A DNA stretch of 63,980 nucleotides, the filler included, from Reclinomonas americana ATCC 50394 (Eukaryota), in assembly GCA_048213135.1 (NCBI GenBank). It is 9 parts of 6 records of this genome, joined end to end, with 100 filler letters (N's around TTAATTAATTAA, not from the genome) between each part and the next. Parts side by side here need not be neighbours in the genome. Positions count along the whole stretch, not along the records: positions 24,479 to 29,533 come from PS015419.1; positions 29,634 to 46,230 come from PS015419.1; 7 more parts are not named here. The stretch is one strand, 5' to 3'. This document shows positions 24,598 through 35,599 of the stretch, one piece after another; position 1 is the first letter of the stretch, and each line of letters opens with the position of its first letter. The notes beneath the pieces were generated by a model, which made no database searches, was not told the origin of the DNA, and saw nothing but the letters and a program-made list of their open reading frames with translations. The translations under genes and the position numbers were made by a program.

Positions 24598-24984
24598 CCT
24601 CTTCAATCTCCTTTGGAGTGGCGCTCTCCTCGACGCCGAGCACACGCCGTGCCTCTGCGGGAGTCATGCGTCGCACACCACGTGCGAGGTTCGCCACGCC
24701 GCCGCCTGTGCAACAGAGACAGTGAGTGAGTGATGTCCATGAGCACTCTTTCTTTCTCTCCCTCCGTCTCTCTCTCTCTCTCGTGTGCAAGCGCGCAACT
24801 TGCTTGTGCCTCCTTGTAGGCGGAGAACACGGCGCGACCGAGCACCGCAGCACCGCTGATCAGCAGCTGCGTCACCATGCGAACAACTCCGGGATTCTGC
24901 ACAGTGAGAGAGAGAGAGAGAGTGAGTGTGTGTGAGTGTGTGAGAGTGAGAGTGTGTGTGAGAGCAGCGACGACGTACCACCAT
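24598..24984 (-). CDS. PAM16: Mitochondrial import motor subunit Pam16/Tim16 (3' exon lost in the gap)
   Basis: MV|NPGVVRMVTQLLISGAAVLGRAVFSAYKEAQA|SGGVANLARGVRRMTPAEARRVLGVEESATPKEIEE shows the typical GRAF..AY..A and MT..EA..ILGV motifs. Confidence 0.88.
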
Positions 24985-25101
24985 CGTGTAGTGATTGTGT
25001 CAGTGATTCGTTGATTGTGGTGGACGATCGAGTCACACGCGCTTCTCTTGGTTGGCCTCTCTTGCACTGCACGCACCCCTGTGAGAGTTCATAACGCACT
25101 C

Positions 25102-25478
25102 ATGGGCCACACAAAAGCCGGTTTCAACGCTGGTAAGCACGGCCCTCGTCTCTTTCTGCAGGAGAGAGGTGCGACATGAGAGCGTACTGACACACACGCT
25201 CTCTCTCTGTGTGTATACACACACAGCCTACGAGGGCATGAACGCCTTCCGTGAGAACTACCACCTCACCTTCCGCCTGCTGCGACCGCGCAATGTGGTG
25301 CGCGTGGCACTCTTTGGTGTCGCCGTGCCCGTCGCCATCTATCACCTCTCAAAGAGCGAGCAGGTGCGTGTGTGCATGCGTGCGTGCAAGGAGACACACA
25401 CACTGTGGGTGCTCACTCTTGTTGTGTGTGCAGGCAACACAAGAAAAGGCCAAGGGCACAAACCGCCCAGTGATGTAA
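25102..25478 (+). CDS. NDUFB4: Complex I accessory subunit B15/NDUFB4-like (3 exons, about 70 aa)
   Basis: MGHTKAGFNA|AYEGMNAFRENYHLTFRLLRPRNVVRVALFGVAVPVAIYHLSKSEQ|ATQEKAKGTNRPVM*. The REN...FR..RN...FG..P pattern and single TM helix fit the family. Confidence 0.75.
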
Positions 25479-26050
25479 ACCACAGACACGTGCTGCTGCT
25501 GTTGCTGCTGATGATGATGAAGGAGAATGAATGAGAGGGAGGCAGTGTGTGTGTGTCAAGGAGACGTCGCCACGCAGCGCGGTCGTCCTGCACATTGTTT
25601 TCTCTTCGTTTTGTTGTTTGATTGTCAATGAGCAGGCGCACAGTGTTGCTGCGACAAGCAGGCGCACTGTTGGCGCTCAATGCGGCACTCGCTGTGTGGG
25701 TGGCGCCTGAGATCAAGTGGCTCGTGCAGAATGCACCCGAGTGGGAGCGCGTTGTTGCGTCTTTCACACACACATGTGTGTGTGCATTCCTCTCTGCTGT
25801 TGCTGACGAGGATTGGGGCAGCGCATGGATGGGCACTATGAGCGCATGGCGACGCAGTTGCAAGAGACAGTGACGGCAGAGGGAGCAGCAGAGGAGGCGA
25901 TTCCATCGGCAGAGGCAATGGCAATCATGCGTGCGGCACATGCATCACCACCACCAGCAACAACACCGACGAGATGACTCCTTCGCTGCGAGTGTACGTG
26001 TAGATGCCAAACAGAAACTCTCTTTTTTTTTCACTCTCTTCTTCGATTTT

Positions 26051-27806
26051 TCATCTATGGAGGAGGCCATTGTCGTGTGGCAACAGCGCCACCTCCAGGA
26101 GCATTGTTTGTCGCTCGCTGTGGGGTGCAGCGGGCGGTGCGTGTGCGTCGGTCGCCCTGCGGCGGTCGTCAATGGGCGAAATGCTCACATCGAATAACTG
26201 CGATGTGCGGTGGTCGCCACTGAGAGCCGTCAGGCTCACGTAGTTCACGTGGATGCTATCCTCGTGTCCGCTGGCCGCGCGCGCTAGCGCCGCCTCCAGC
26301 ACGTGTAGGCACTCGGGTTGTGGTCGGAGCACGTCCAGCAACGGCGAGAAGCGATGGTTGACCGACAACTGTGCGCCACGCACGCATCCATCAGTGCGAC
26401 AAGTGACGAGTGGTGCGAGTGTGGAACGGATGCTCACCGATCGCAAGAGCCCGAGTGGATCGTCTTGCCATGTCGCGGCCACCGATGCGTCACTCAGCAG
26501 CCGCAACGCCTCAATGTTGCAGTCAATCACCAGGTACGGCGCATGCTGGCTCACAGTGAAGATCGGCACGGCGGAAAAGTTGCGCAGCGCATTCAACAGC
26601 GCCGCCTCCTCGTCCGACACGTCACGCTCCGTGTCGCCACCGTCGCTCTCCGCCACTCGAGCCGCCAGCTGCTCCAGGTCCGGCCGCGCCATTGCCACCG
26701 AGGTGATCATGCCAGACGACTGTGCAAGAGAGACATTCGTCAGCATCGCGCTGACCGGCATTGATTGCTGTGCCCGTGCTCACCTGCACGGTGGGGCAGA
26801 TGATGCCGCCAGCTGGCAGGCCAGTGTATGGGTCGTGGAAACCGGCAATGCCCGATACACGATCCTCGCCCATGAGCATGTCGTTGGGACCCTGTGTGTG
26901 CGAAGAGAGGGAGAGAGAGAGAGAGAGAAGATGTGAGCGCAACAAGACACGCAGTCCAGAGGGATATGGATCGCACCCATTGCCGGAACACTTCGGCGAC
27001 CATAACACTGGTGCTGCTGCGCTTGCCAAGCGCGAAATCGGCCATCAGATGCAACAAAACATCTGAGAAGCCGGGAGGCGATACGGCCGCCAGCGGGCGA
27101 CCGCGCATGAACGAGTCGTCGGGCATGCCGAAAATGTCGACCATGCGCTGGCTCAACTGCACCACGCAAAACACAGAGTCAGGCCACGTGACCGACGCCC
27201 TGCGCACAGATTACATGCACACGAAACTCCCATGACGTGCCCGTCGATGGTCACCAGCATAATGACCTCGGGTGCCGCGTCAATGGCAGCCCGAAACACC
27301 GACGCCGGCAACTCGCCATGCCGTGCATGTGGTGCTCGGGTGAGTTGCGGCGATGACGGTGGAGTGCCGCCGGCGCCCAAGGCCTGTGTGCGTGACACGC
27401 ACGCAAATTGAGCTCTGTATCTACACCACTGACACACATGCAGGCAAGCACGACTCACTCTGGTGGGCCACGTGAAGGCGCCAGCGCTCGCCGCCGGCGT
27501 TGGAGTGTAGAACAACACCAATAATCGTCGCTGGTCGCCCGGTGCCGTCACCGTGATCAGCGACGGCTCAAACCGCACGATCCGCAACCAGCGCGCAAAC
27601 TCCTCGGTTGTCAGTGGTGCATGTTCACCCTCACTGCAGCGGGGGGGAGGCATGTGAGCGAGGGGGAAGAAGAAGAAAACCGAGACATTCGCCTTTTCGA
27701 GAATGTGCACCTGGAATATCGTGCACTCGCGGCTGCGGTGGTGGTGGTGGTGGCGGTGACAGTTGTGGATGTCGCTGCTGCGTCTCTCGTCGGTACAGCG
27801 TGCCAT
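26051..27806 (-). CDS. Multi-exon protein with PAS-like segments; ends uncertain
   Basis: VFRAAIDAAPEVIMLVTIDGHVM..LSQRMVDIFG..MRGRPL and LRNFSAVPIFTVSQ..VIDCNIEALRLL resemble PAS-domain starts. Confidence 0.45.
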
Positions 27807-28753
27807 CGTGGTGGTTGGTCGTGTGCCGAAAACGGTGGCTGGGAATCATGTGACGTGAGCAAACAGCAGCAACCAGTCAGCAACACAACAACACGCATAT
27901 GCATGCAACTCTCTTGTCGGTGAGCGGTTGGCGACCAGACACCATGGCAGTGGTGGCGCGCGATGAAGGCGGCGGCACGACATACATGACGGTCTGTGTG
28001 CCGAATACGAACACGCGCGTTTAGTAGGTGAACACTCGAACACACAAGACGGTGGGAAGAGGGAGAAGGAGAGGGAGAAAGAGAGAAAGGGAGATACAGG
28101 CGAAGAGGGGGACAGGCAATAGAACAGCAGAGAATAACAGCATGATTGCAAGCTGTTCGTCAATGGACACCGCCAATCGCCACAAACGGGGTTAAACAGT
28201 AAGGAAAACAACATGCAGTGCAACACAACACGAATACGGCAGCTAACAACGACGGACAAGCACGACTGGCGTATGCGTGTGTGTGTGTGTGTGTGCCAAT
28301 GTGTCAGAGACAGTGACGGAGAACCCGTGCGCGCCGCGACATGTCTGAGTGTTCGAATTCATAGGTGTGGAAAGAAGAAAGGGAAACGCCCAGAAACAGT
28401 GTGGTATTCCAATCGATGACGTCTATCCATGTGCGTGTGTGTGCATGTGCAACTGCCTCGTGTCTAACTCATACAGGTGAGCGCCTATCACTCCGCGCGC
28501 CGAGGAGCACGTGTGCGTTTCTCGACAAAAGACTCACGCTTGCCAATTATGGTGGTGGTGGTGTGGCATCTCGCGAGCTCGGGTGCGCGCTGTTGTGCCC
28601 CAACGAAATCACCAATACGCGTGTCTGCTTCTGTGTCACACACATCACACACCACCAATGTGCCCATCCACAGAGAGAAGGAACAAAAAATAGAGTGGTG
28701 ACGGTGTTTCGTCATCAGAGAGATACAGGTGCGGTTGTTCTGTGAATCTCTCC

Positions 28754-29533
28754 TCACAAACCTGCGACTGCTGCAGCTGCTGGAGCTGCTGCTGCTGCTG
28801 TTGTTGTACATATCTCCACAGTGGCTCGGGAGGCGCCGACGCCGAAGGCGAGGAGGAGTCTGTGCGGCCTCGACACAATAAACACCACAATACTAATGAT
28901 GATGCCATCGATGACGCACACACACGCACACAAACCCGAGTGCACAGAGGCAGTCGCTCGGCGCTCACCGCCATCCACCTCGCCAGCACCCTCGTCACAC
29001 TCGACCTCGGTTTCGTCGTCGTCCATGGTGGCATCCGACGAAACCTCATCAACACCTCCCCTCCTTGCTCTCCTCGTCTGCGACACTGCATGCACTGCGG
29101 CTGCTGCTGCTGCTGGGGGTGGTGATGGTGGAGGACGACGACGACGACGACGATGAGAGTGTGGAAGGAGTGGTGATGATGATGATGAAGGCGGCAGTGG
29201 TTGTGGTTGTGGTGGGGACGACGCATCCTTGTTGCGCCCGCGTCGCACTCGGAATGTGGTCCTGCCGTTCTCCACCTTGAGCAGATCGCCACAGTCGTGG
29301 AACTGGTACTCAGAGGAGGCAGCAACGGCGGCGGCGGCGGCGGCAGCGGCGGCGGCAGCAGCAGAACCGCTGAGAGTGGTGGTGCCAGTCATTGCGGATA
29401 CCGGCTTGCGCAATCGCTTGGATCGTAGTGGAGGTGTGGGTGGAGGTGGTGGTGATGGTGCCAGAGGAACAGCCGGCAACGCCTCTCTGTCAAAGGACGA
29501 CAGCGGCGGTGGTGACGGTGGTGGCGGTGATGT
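28754..29533 (-). CDS. Low-complexity (Ala/Pro/Ser-rich) protein fragment; 5' end in the gap
   Basis: Long open frame with trinucleotide-repeat codons; includes EYQFHDCGDLLKVENGRTTFRVRRGR. Confidence 0.45.
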   Translation of the reverse strand, partial: TSPPPPSPPPLSSFDREALPAVPLAPSPPPPPTPPLRSKRLRKPVSAMTGTTTLSGSAAAAAAAAAAAAVAASSEYQFHDCGDLLKVENGRTTFRVRRGRNKDASSPPQPQPLPPSSSSSPLLPHSHRRRRRRPPPSPPPAAAAAAVHAVSQTRRARRGGVDEVSSDATMDDDETEVECDEGAGEVDGGERRATASVHSGLCACVCVIDGIIISIVVFIVSRPHRLLLAFGVGASRATVEICTTTAAAAAPAAAAVAGL

Positions 29534-29651
29534 NNNNNNNNNNNNNNNNNNNNNNNNNNNNNNNNNNNNNNNNNNNNTTAATTAATTAANNNNNNNNNNN
29601 NNNNNNNNNNNNNNNNNNNNNNNNNNNNNNNNNCTTATGTCTTGTCCTCGC

Positions 29652-29697
<46 letters not shown>

Positions 29698-29711
29698 TTA
29701 ATTGTTGTGTA

Positions 29712-31116
29712 GAGCCGTGGGCCGGCGATGTGTTTGCTCATCCCACCCTGCTGGTGCCTGGAGTGGCCGACCGTGAGCGACTGGCGCCGTTCTACGATGT
29801 CGTCGTCAAGGCCATTCGCGAGGTGGGGAGTGAAAGATCAGTAGTTATTGTGCTCACTCGTGTGCTGACCGTGCTGTTCAGGTCGACGAGCATCACTTGG
29901 TGCAGATTGAGGTGTGCAATTCAAATCCCTCGTTCAGATCTTTTCTGTTCCCTCACTGCGAATGCACACAGGCTGGTCTGCAAGTGGGACCTCGCTGACT
30001 GCGTGATCGTCCAGTTCGTTGCCTTACATTGCGTGTGCCACATAGTAACCTGGGACGACATTACTGTTGGCTTCGAGCACGTTCCCGTCAGCAACGACTA
30101 TGCCAACCGCACGTGCGTGCACAAACCTCTTTTCCCCCGTCAATCTGTCTGCTCACCGTCGCCGTGGCTGCAGGGCGCTATCCATCCATTTCTACATTCC
30201 GCCACAGTTCTCACTGGAGGAGCAACTCAGCTCGCACTACCGAGTTGCGCTACAGTTTTTGTTTGCCAATCCCACCATGCACTTTCCTGTCGCTAACGTG
30301 GTGGGTAACCATGGTCAGGATGTCGAGCGCATTGGCGGCGGATGGATGCTCACCGAGTTCAGCATCCCGTCGCCAGCCGATGCCAAGTCTCTGGCTGAGT
30401 TCGACAAGGTGCGTCCACCGTTTCACCCTCATTCCCTTCTAGGTCAATGTTGAATATTTTTCCAGACGTGCAACGCTGCCGACGCGCGCGCGCTGAGCTG
30501 GATTGGCTGGGAGTTGTGTTCCTTGTTGCTCACCTGCAGCAAGGAAGGAGACGTTCTCACCCCCTCTCCCTCTCGCTCCCGCCAGGTACAAGCGGTTCCG
30601 CAACAACAAGACCGGCTGGGCGGATCCGTTCTGGAACGCCGACGGCTCGCGTAACGAGGTGATGATCAAGGCCGCATCGCGCACCTACGCTCGTGCAGTG
30701 GCCGGCCACATCGAGGACATGAGCTTTGACTCGTTGCGTGAAACAGAAAGTGCATCGCGCCGAGTCGCACGAATTCACTTTCTCCACTTCCTTTCTTGCA
30801 GGAAAACCGGCGACTTTGTGCTCAAGTTGCGTCGTTCTGCAGCGGTCAGCTCCAGTCGCAGGCACTCACCAACTCTACCCTTCTCTTCTCCCCCTGTAGG
30901 TTCACCGTGCAGCCGCCCAACGAGTGTCGCTCGTCGGTCACCGAGATCTTCGCGTCGGTCCGTCACTGGTACACCTCCGGCATGCCGAAGGTCACCGTGT
31001 CGCCGGCCAACGCCGCCACCATCACCCAGTCGGCCTTCAGCGACTCCATTATGCTGACCACGAGCTCGTCGGTCAAGCCAGGCACCCTCATCACGGTGAC
31101 CATCAAGGCGGCATAA
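29712..31116 (+). CDS. GH5 endoglycoceramidase-like glycosidase, C-terminal half (5' part in the gap)
   Basis: EPWAGD (acid/base Glu), AIRE|VDEHHL, SIHFY, MLTEF (nucleophile Glu), SWIGWE|YK and SRTYARAVAG. TAA ends at 31116. Confidence 0.88.
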
Positions 31117-31163
31117 AAGCACTGTTCGTTGTCCTTTGTCGTCCCTTTCTTCATTGTCTATCG

Positions 31164-34100
31164 ATGGATGACTACCTCGCGGAGATCCAACGCGGCCTCC
31201 AACAAGCCGTGTTCGCCCAGGCCAACGCCTCTGATCGCGATGCACAGTCATCCGCGTCGTCGCCATTCCCGCGCAATCCCTTCTTTGCACTCGCCAAGTA
31301 TCTCCTCAGTGCCGATGCCGCGTTGCGTGTCCACGCACACACACACACACACACGCTCACTCGAGAGTGACTACGGTGTGTAGCTTGACACTCCAGCTCG
31401 CCAACGCAGTGCCCTGATGCGCCAACACTCGCAAAACAACCCGTGGGAACCCGATCGCAACCGCCAATCCACGCGCCTCAATCCCACCTCCGACTTGTCG
31501 CACTTCCCAGGTCTCTCTCTCTCACACACACAGACACACACCGCACCCACTCTCCTCATGTCGCTAACCAAGTCGCTTTTGTGAAGACTCGGATGCGTGT
31601 GGGTTCGCACCACTGAATGCTCTCCTCAGTCGCATGGTGTGTGTCTTCCACGGGCTCAGTGAGGGCGAGGGAGTGTGGCGTGAGCCTGATCGTTGACCGC
31701 ACAGCATGTGCGATGCTTGAAAACGGTGCTGGGCGACCTGCTTCCGGCGGACCTTGTCACGGAGACGCTCGATGGATCGCTCTCCGCTGTTCCGCACAGT
31801 TGTTCCTGTTGTCGGTCTTTTGTGGTCACCCTTCCCACTCAGCATCCTGCAGAACGTACGGCGAGTGGTGGTTCCGGCGGGCGATGTTCTGCTCGGCAAC
31901 AGCGTGCTGCCGGTGGTGTCGACAGTGGACGTGCATGTGGTGCGGATGGCGATGTGAGCTTGCTGGTGGACCGTGTGCTCATCATGATCGTGCAGTTGTA
32001 TCGGGTGGAGACGGCCGATGTTGGTACAGCAGTGGAGGTGTTTGCGCTCAACGTGGCGGCCGATCTGACCGCCATCAGCGCCGAGATGTTGTTGCACGGT
32101 ATTGCCTCACTCGTCGAATGATTGCCACCGTGACGCTGCGGTTTCTCACTATTGCGCGCAAAGGTCTTTTCCTCACCGACAGCTCTGGTTCGGTCCTGCA
32201 CTGGGGTCGCATCGCCGTCACCGCAGCCAGTGACGAAGAGATGGTGGCGGCCATTGAGACCGCACTGCAGAGCACGGAGGCGCGCCGCATTGATGCCGAG
32301 GTGAGGTCGATCGTGATTGCTCATGTGTGTGCATTGCCATTCGTTGCTCACTTGCCGTGCCACAGTTCATGGGCCGGCTGCCGGTGACGGGGCGTGCAAA
32401 GCTCGCTGCGAGTGACTGTCGACTGCGGCTGCATTTCGCGCTGGTGCACGCTGAGCGTGGCAATCGGTTCGTGTGTTGAATGCAACGTACTTCGCTGTTG
32501 AGCCATTCAGTCTCACTTTGTAATGCAGCGAGACGAGCTACGAGGCGCAGCCGTGCTTACCGCTGCGAGAGGGCATGTTTTTGAGTGCAAACGATGCGTC
32601 GTGGTACGAGCGTTTGCATGCCGGCAGATCGGATCGCACCAAGACAAGCGCCGTGTTGCGTGTGCTGTCGCAGTGAAGAAAGCGTGCAGTTCTCATTTGA
32701 TGTTCTCGCACAGTGTCATGCATCGCGCCGCGGTGATTCAGGAGGCCGAAGTGCACGTGAATGTGTTTGGAACGCTCGTGCACGCGTTGATGGTGGCCGC
32801 CTACAGCGAGAGCTGGAACGCCGTGCGTACACTGCAGCGAGTGCTCTCCTCGGCGGCCGCCGGATTGCATCACTGTCAGCAGTTGGCCTCTGCGATTGCA
32901 GACTTGCTGCAGGATGTGCAGGTTGGGCACTGGTAGCCACCATGCGCCACTTAAGTCTTCATGTAGTGCTGACCGCAGTGGTTGCAAAAACAGGATGAGC
33001 TGACTGACTTTGACGACATTGTGGGAACGGCACACTCGCTGTTGCGTCAGTGTGGCGAATCGCTGGAGATCATCGGTCGACAGGCACTGCTGCCATTCGA
33101 GTGCAATCAGCAGGTGATCCCGCTGCTGTTGGCACGGCATGCGGCTGTGGACCTGGCCTCGGCCGGGCGAGACACTGCCTCGGTGTTGGTGAGAGAGTCT
33201 TCACATGCAACGCATGCCACCGTTACTTTCCCCCTTTCCTTATGCACCGCGATGAGCAGCTGGCACTTGGCGATTTCATCGGGTGTTTGCACGCCGCAAC
33301 AAACTCAACTCTGCTGTCGCAAATCTACGCTGTTCCCACTGTGCGTACGTGGTTGGGGTCACTCTTGAATCCCACAGCCTCGGTGACTTCGCCAGTGGCG
33401 TCGACGGTCGACGGCCTATTTGCGGCATGGTCATCGTTGAGCGTGGACATGCCGGAGGATGTTGAGTACGAGGGTGGTGGAGACGTGAGCGAGGATGCTC
33501 GAAGGCGCGACGAAATGTCGGAGCATTTGGTCGGCGTTGTGTCCCCGGCCGCTCTCAGTTGCATGCACTACGCCATCGAGACGCGTCTGGAGGAGACACT
33601 GGCCGCGGTGATGGAGGAGGCGGCCGAGAGTCGCGTGCAGCGCAACAGCTTCAACGTGACGTGCGAGCTGCTGGTGCATCGCGGCATCCGGTTAGTTGCT
33701 GCTGCGGTAGTGCTCTCCGACCTCGGCGTGCTTCTCACGTTATTGCTCTGCATCGTGGGCAGGCTGGCGGCAGAAAAGGTCGGGCTGAATCGGGTGCACG
33801 GGCGAGTGGAGGGAACCACGAACCTGTGGTTCTCGCAGGCCGGTGGCGAGGATAGGACAAGGTGCAGCGTTTATGTTGCAATGCTTGTGCCTCCCTCGGT
33901 CAAGTGATTTGCATCAACGCAGGTTGTACGGTCGATGGAGTGTGCTCTCGCAGGTGGACACGGCGAGTTTTGTTGGTACGCTCGCCAAGTTGGGGCTTGT
34001 GGTCACGTCACTGGATGTGTCGTCTATTCCGGAGGTGTGTGCCACGATGTTATCCTTTAGCGTGGGATCGCTCATGTGATGTGATACTTGGGTGGTGGGG

Positions 34101-35526
34101 TGCAACAGTGCGTCTCGGTGTGCGGCATTCCGATTTCTAGTGCACTGCAACTGTCGCGCTCCGCCGCTTGCGTTCAAGTGCGCGAAGACTGCTTTGGTAT
34201 GCACGTCTTCTCACAATAGCGAGCTTTTACTCTCTCATGCTCACATGCGTCGACACGCGCAGTTGACGAGTTTGAATGGTCGGCCGTCGTCGCAGTTCTC
34301 GTGTCCTTTGTCAGAGTATTGCAACAACAGTCGACACAGTACGCCGTGACAGGTAACTGATCATCCCTCTCGCAGTCCCTTGTGCCGCACGCAGCTCAGC
34401 AGGCAGTGCTTGTGTGCAGATGTGACGGCTGGCGATCGTGTATTTGAGTGGGAGAGTGCAGATGACGACAGTCTTGCCGCCGACGTGCAGGCCGGCCTCG
34501 AGGAATTCGGTCACGTCTGCATTGTGGTTTGTAGTCTCAGTTCCATGCTTGTGCTGCTGATGCTGCTGCAGATGCATCGCACTCAACTTCTACGTGGTGT
34601 CTGGCAGGGCGTGGTGCTGCTGGATGGGCAGTTGGTGGTGCCCTTTGAGCGACGCCTGTACATTCACAACACGGCCGAGTCGGCACCCGCTGAGATGCCG
34701 ATGCGTGGACACGAGCTGTGGTCGACTGGCCTGGTGCACTGGACGCCCGAAGCTAGCACGGTGGTGCATCAGCGGACGCCTGTCGACAGTGCTCGTCTGC
34801 TCTCTCCGTTGCGTGCCGATTGTCAATAGCCGTGACTGGCAGAGATTGTCCTCACTTCCTCTTCCGTACGCAGGCTGCGCTCGCTGCTGGCGCGCAGCAT
34901 GGAACGCGACGGCGCACAACGGATGGCCGCAGTAGCCTCGGTGGCCATTGGCTGTTGCGCCGAGGAGTCAGGCAATGAGAGCGATAACGCGACATTAGCG
35001 TTGGCTCTGCGCCGCTTCTTCATGTCGCCAGCCGGTGCCTTTCTGCGACTCGAGACGCAGTGTCAGTCCCTCGTCGCTGCCTTGCGACAGCACAGTATCT
35101 TGTCGTCGGTAAGGCATACGAACACGGAGAGGGAGATAAGTTTCTACTTTTGATGACACTGATCGACGGTCGCAGAAAATCACACGACAGCAATTCCTCG
35201 ATCACTGCGTCCAGCAGCTGGCGCCGCTTCGCCGTGGCGAAGCGGTGTCTGGCCTGTTCATGCGCAGTTCTTGGTCGGCATTGCACAGTTGCGTTCCCGC
35301 GTCTTTTGAGTTTGGAGCTGCCCGCGTGGCTCATCCGCACACAACAGCGAGCTGCGCGACGCTGCGCAGCATGCACAAGGATGGTCGCGTGAAACACGCG
35401 AGATCAGCGGAACTCACAGAGGCTCTAACGCGCCTCGCCTCCGCACTGACGCTGCAGCGACTGTTGTGGGATCGACTGGCGTACGAGGTGCTGGTGGAGC
35501 AGCCGAATCGCGGACTGCTCTCATAG
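31164..35526 (+). CDS. Large multi-exon uncharacterised protein with an N-terminal Dpy-30/RIIa-like motif
   Basis: MDDYLAEIQRGLQQAVF...PRNPFFALAKYLL is followed by many GT-AG-bounded coding exons; ends ...QPNRGLLS*. Family not recognised. Confidence 0.5.
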
Positions 35527-35599
35527 TAAACAACTACTGACTGTGCTCGCGGTTAGTGGTAAACCTAGTGTTCTGCGTATGCGCCTCTTATTGTGTGCC

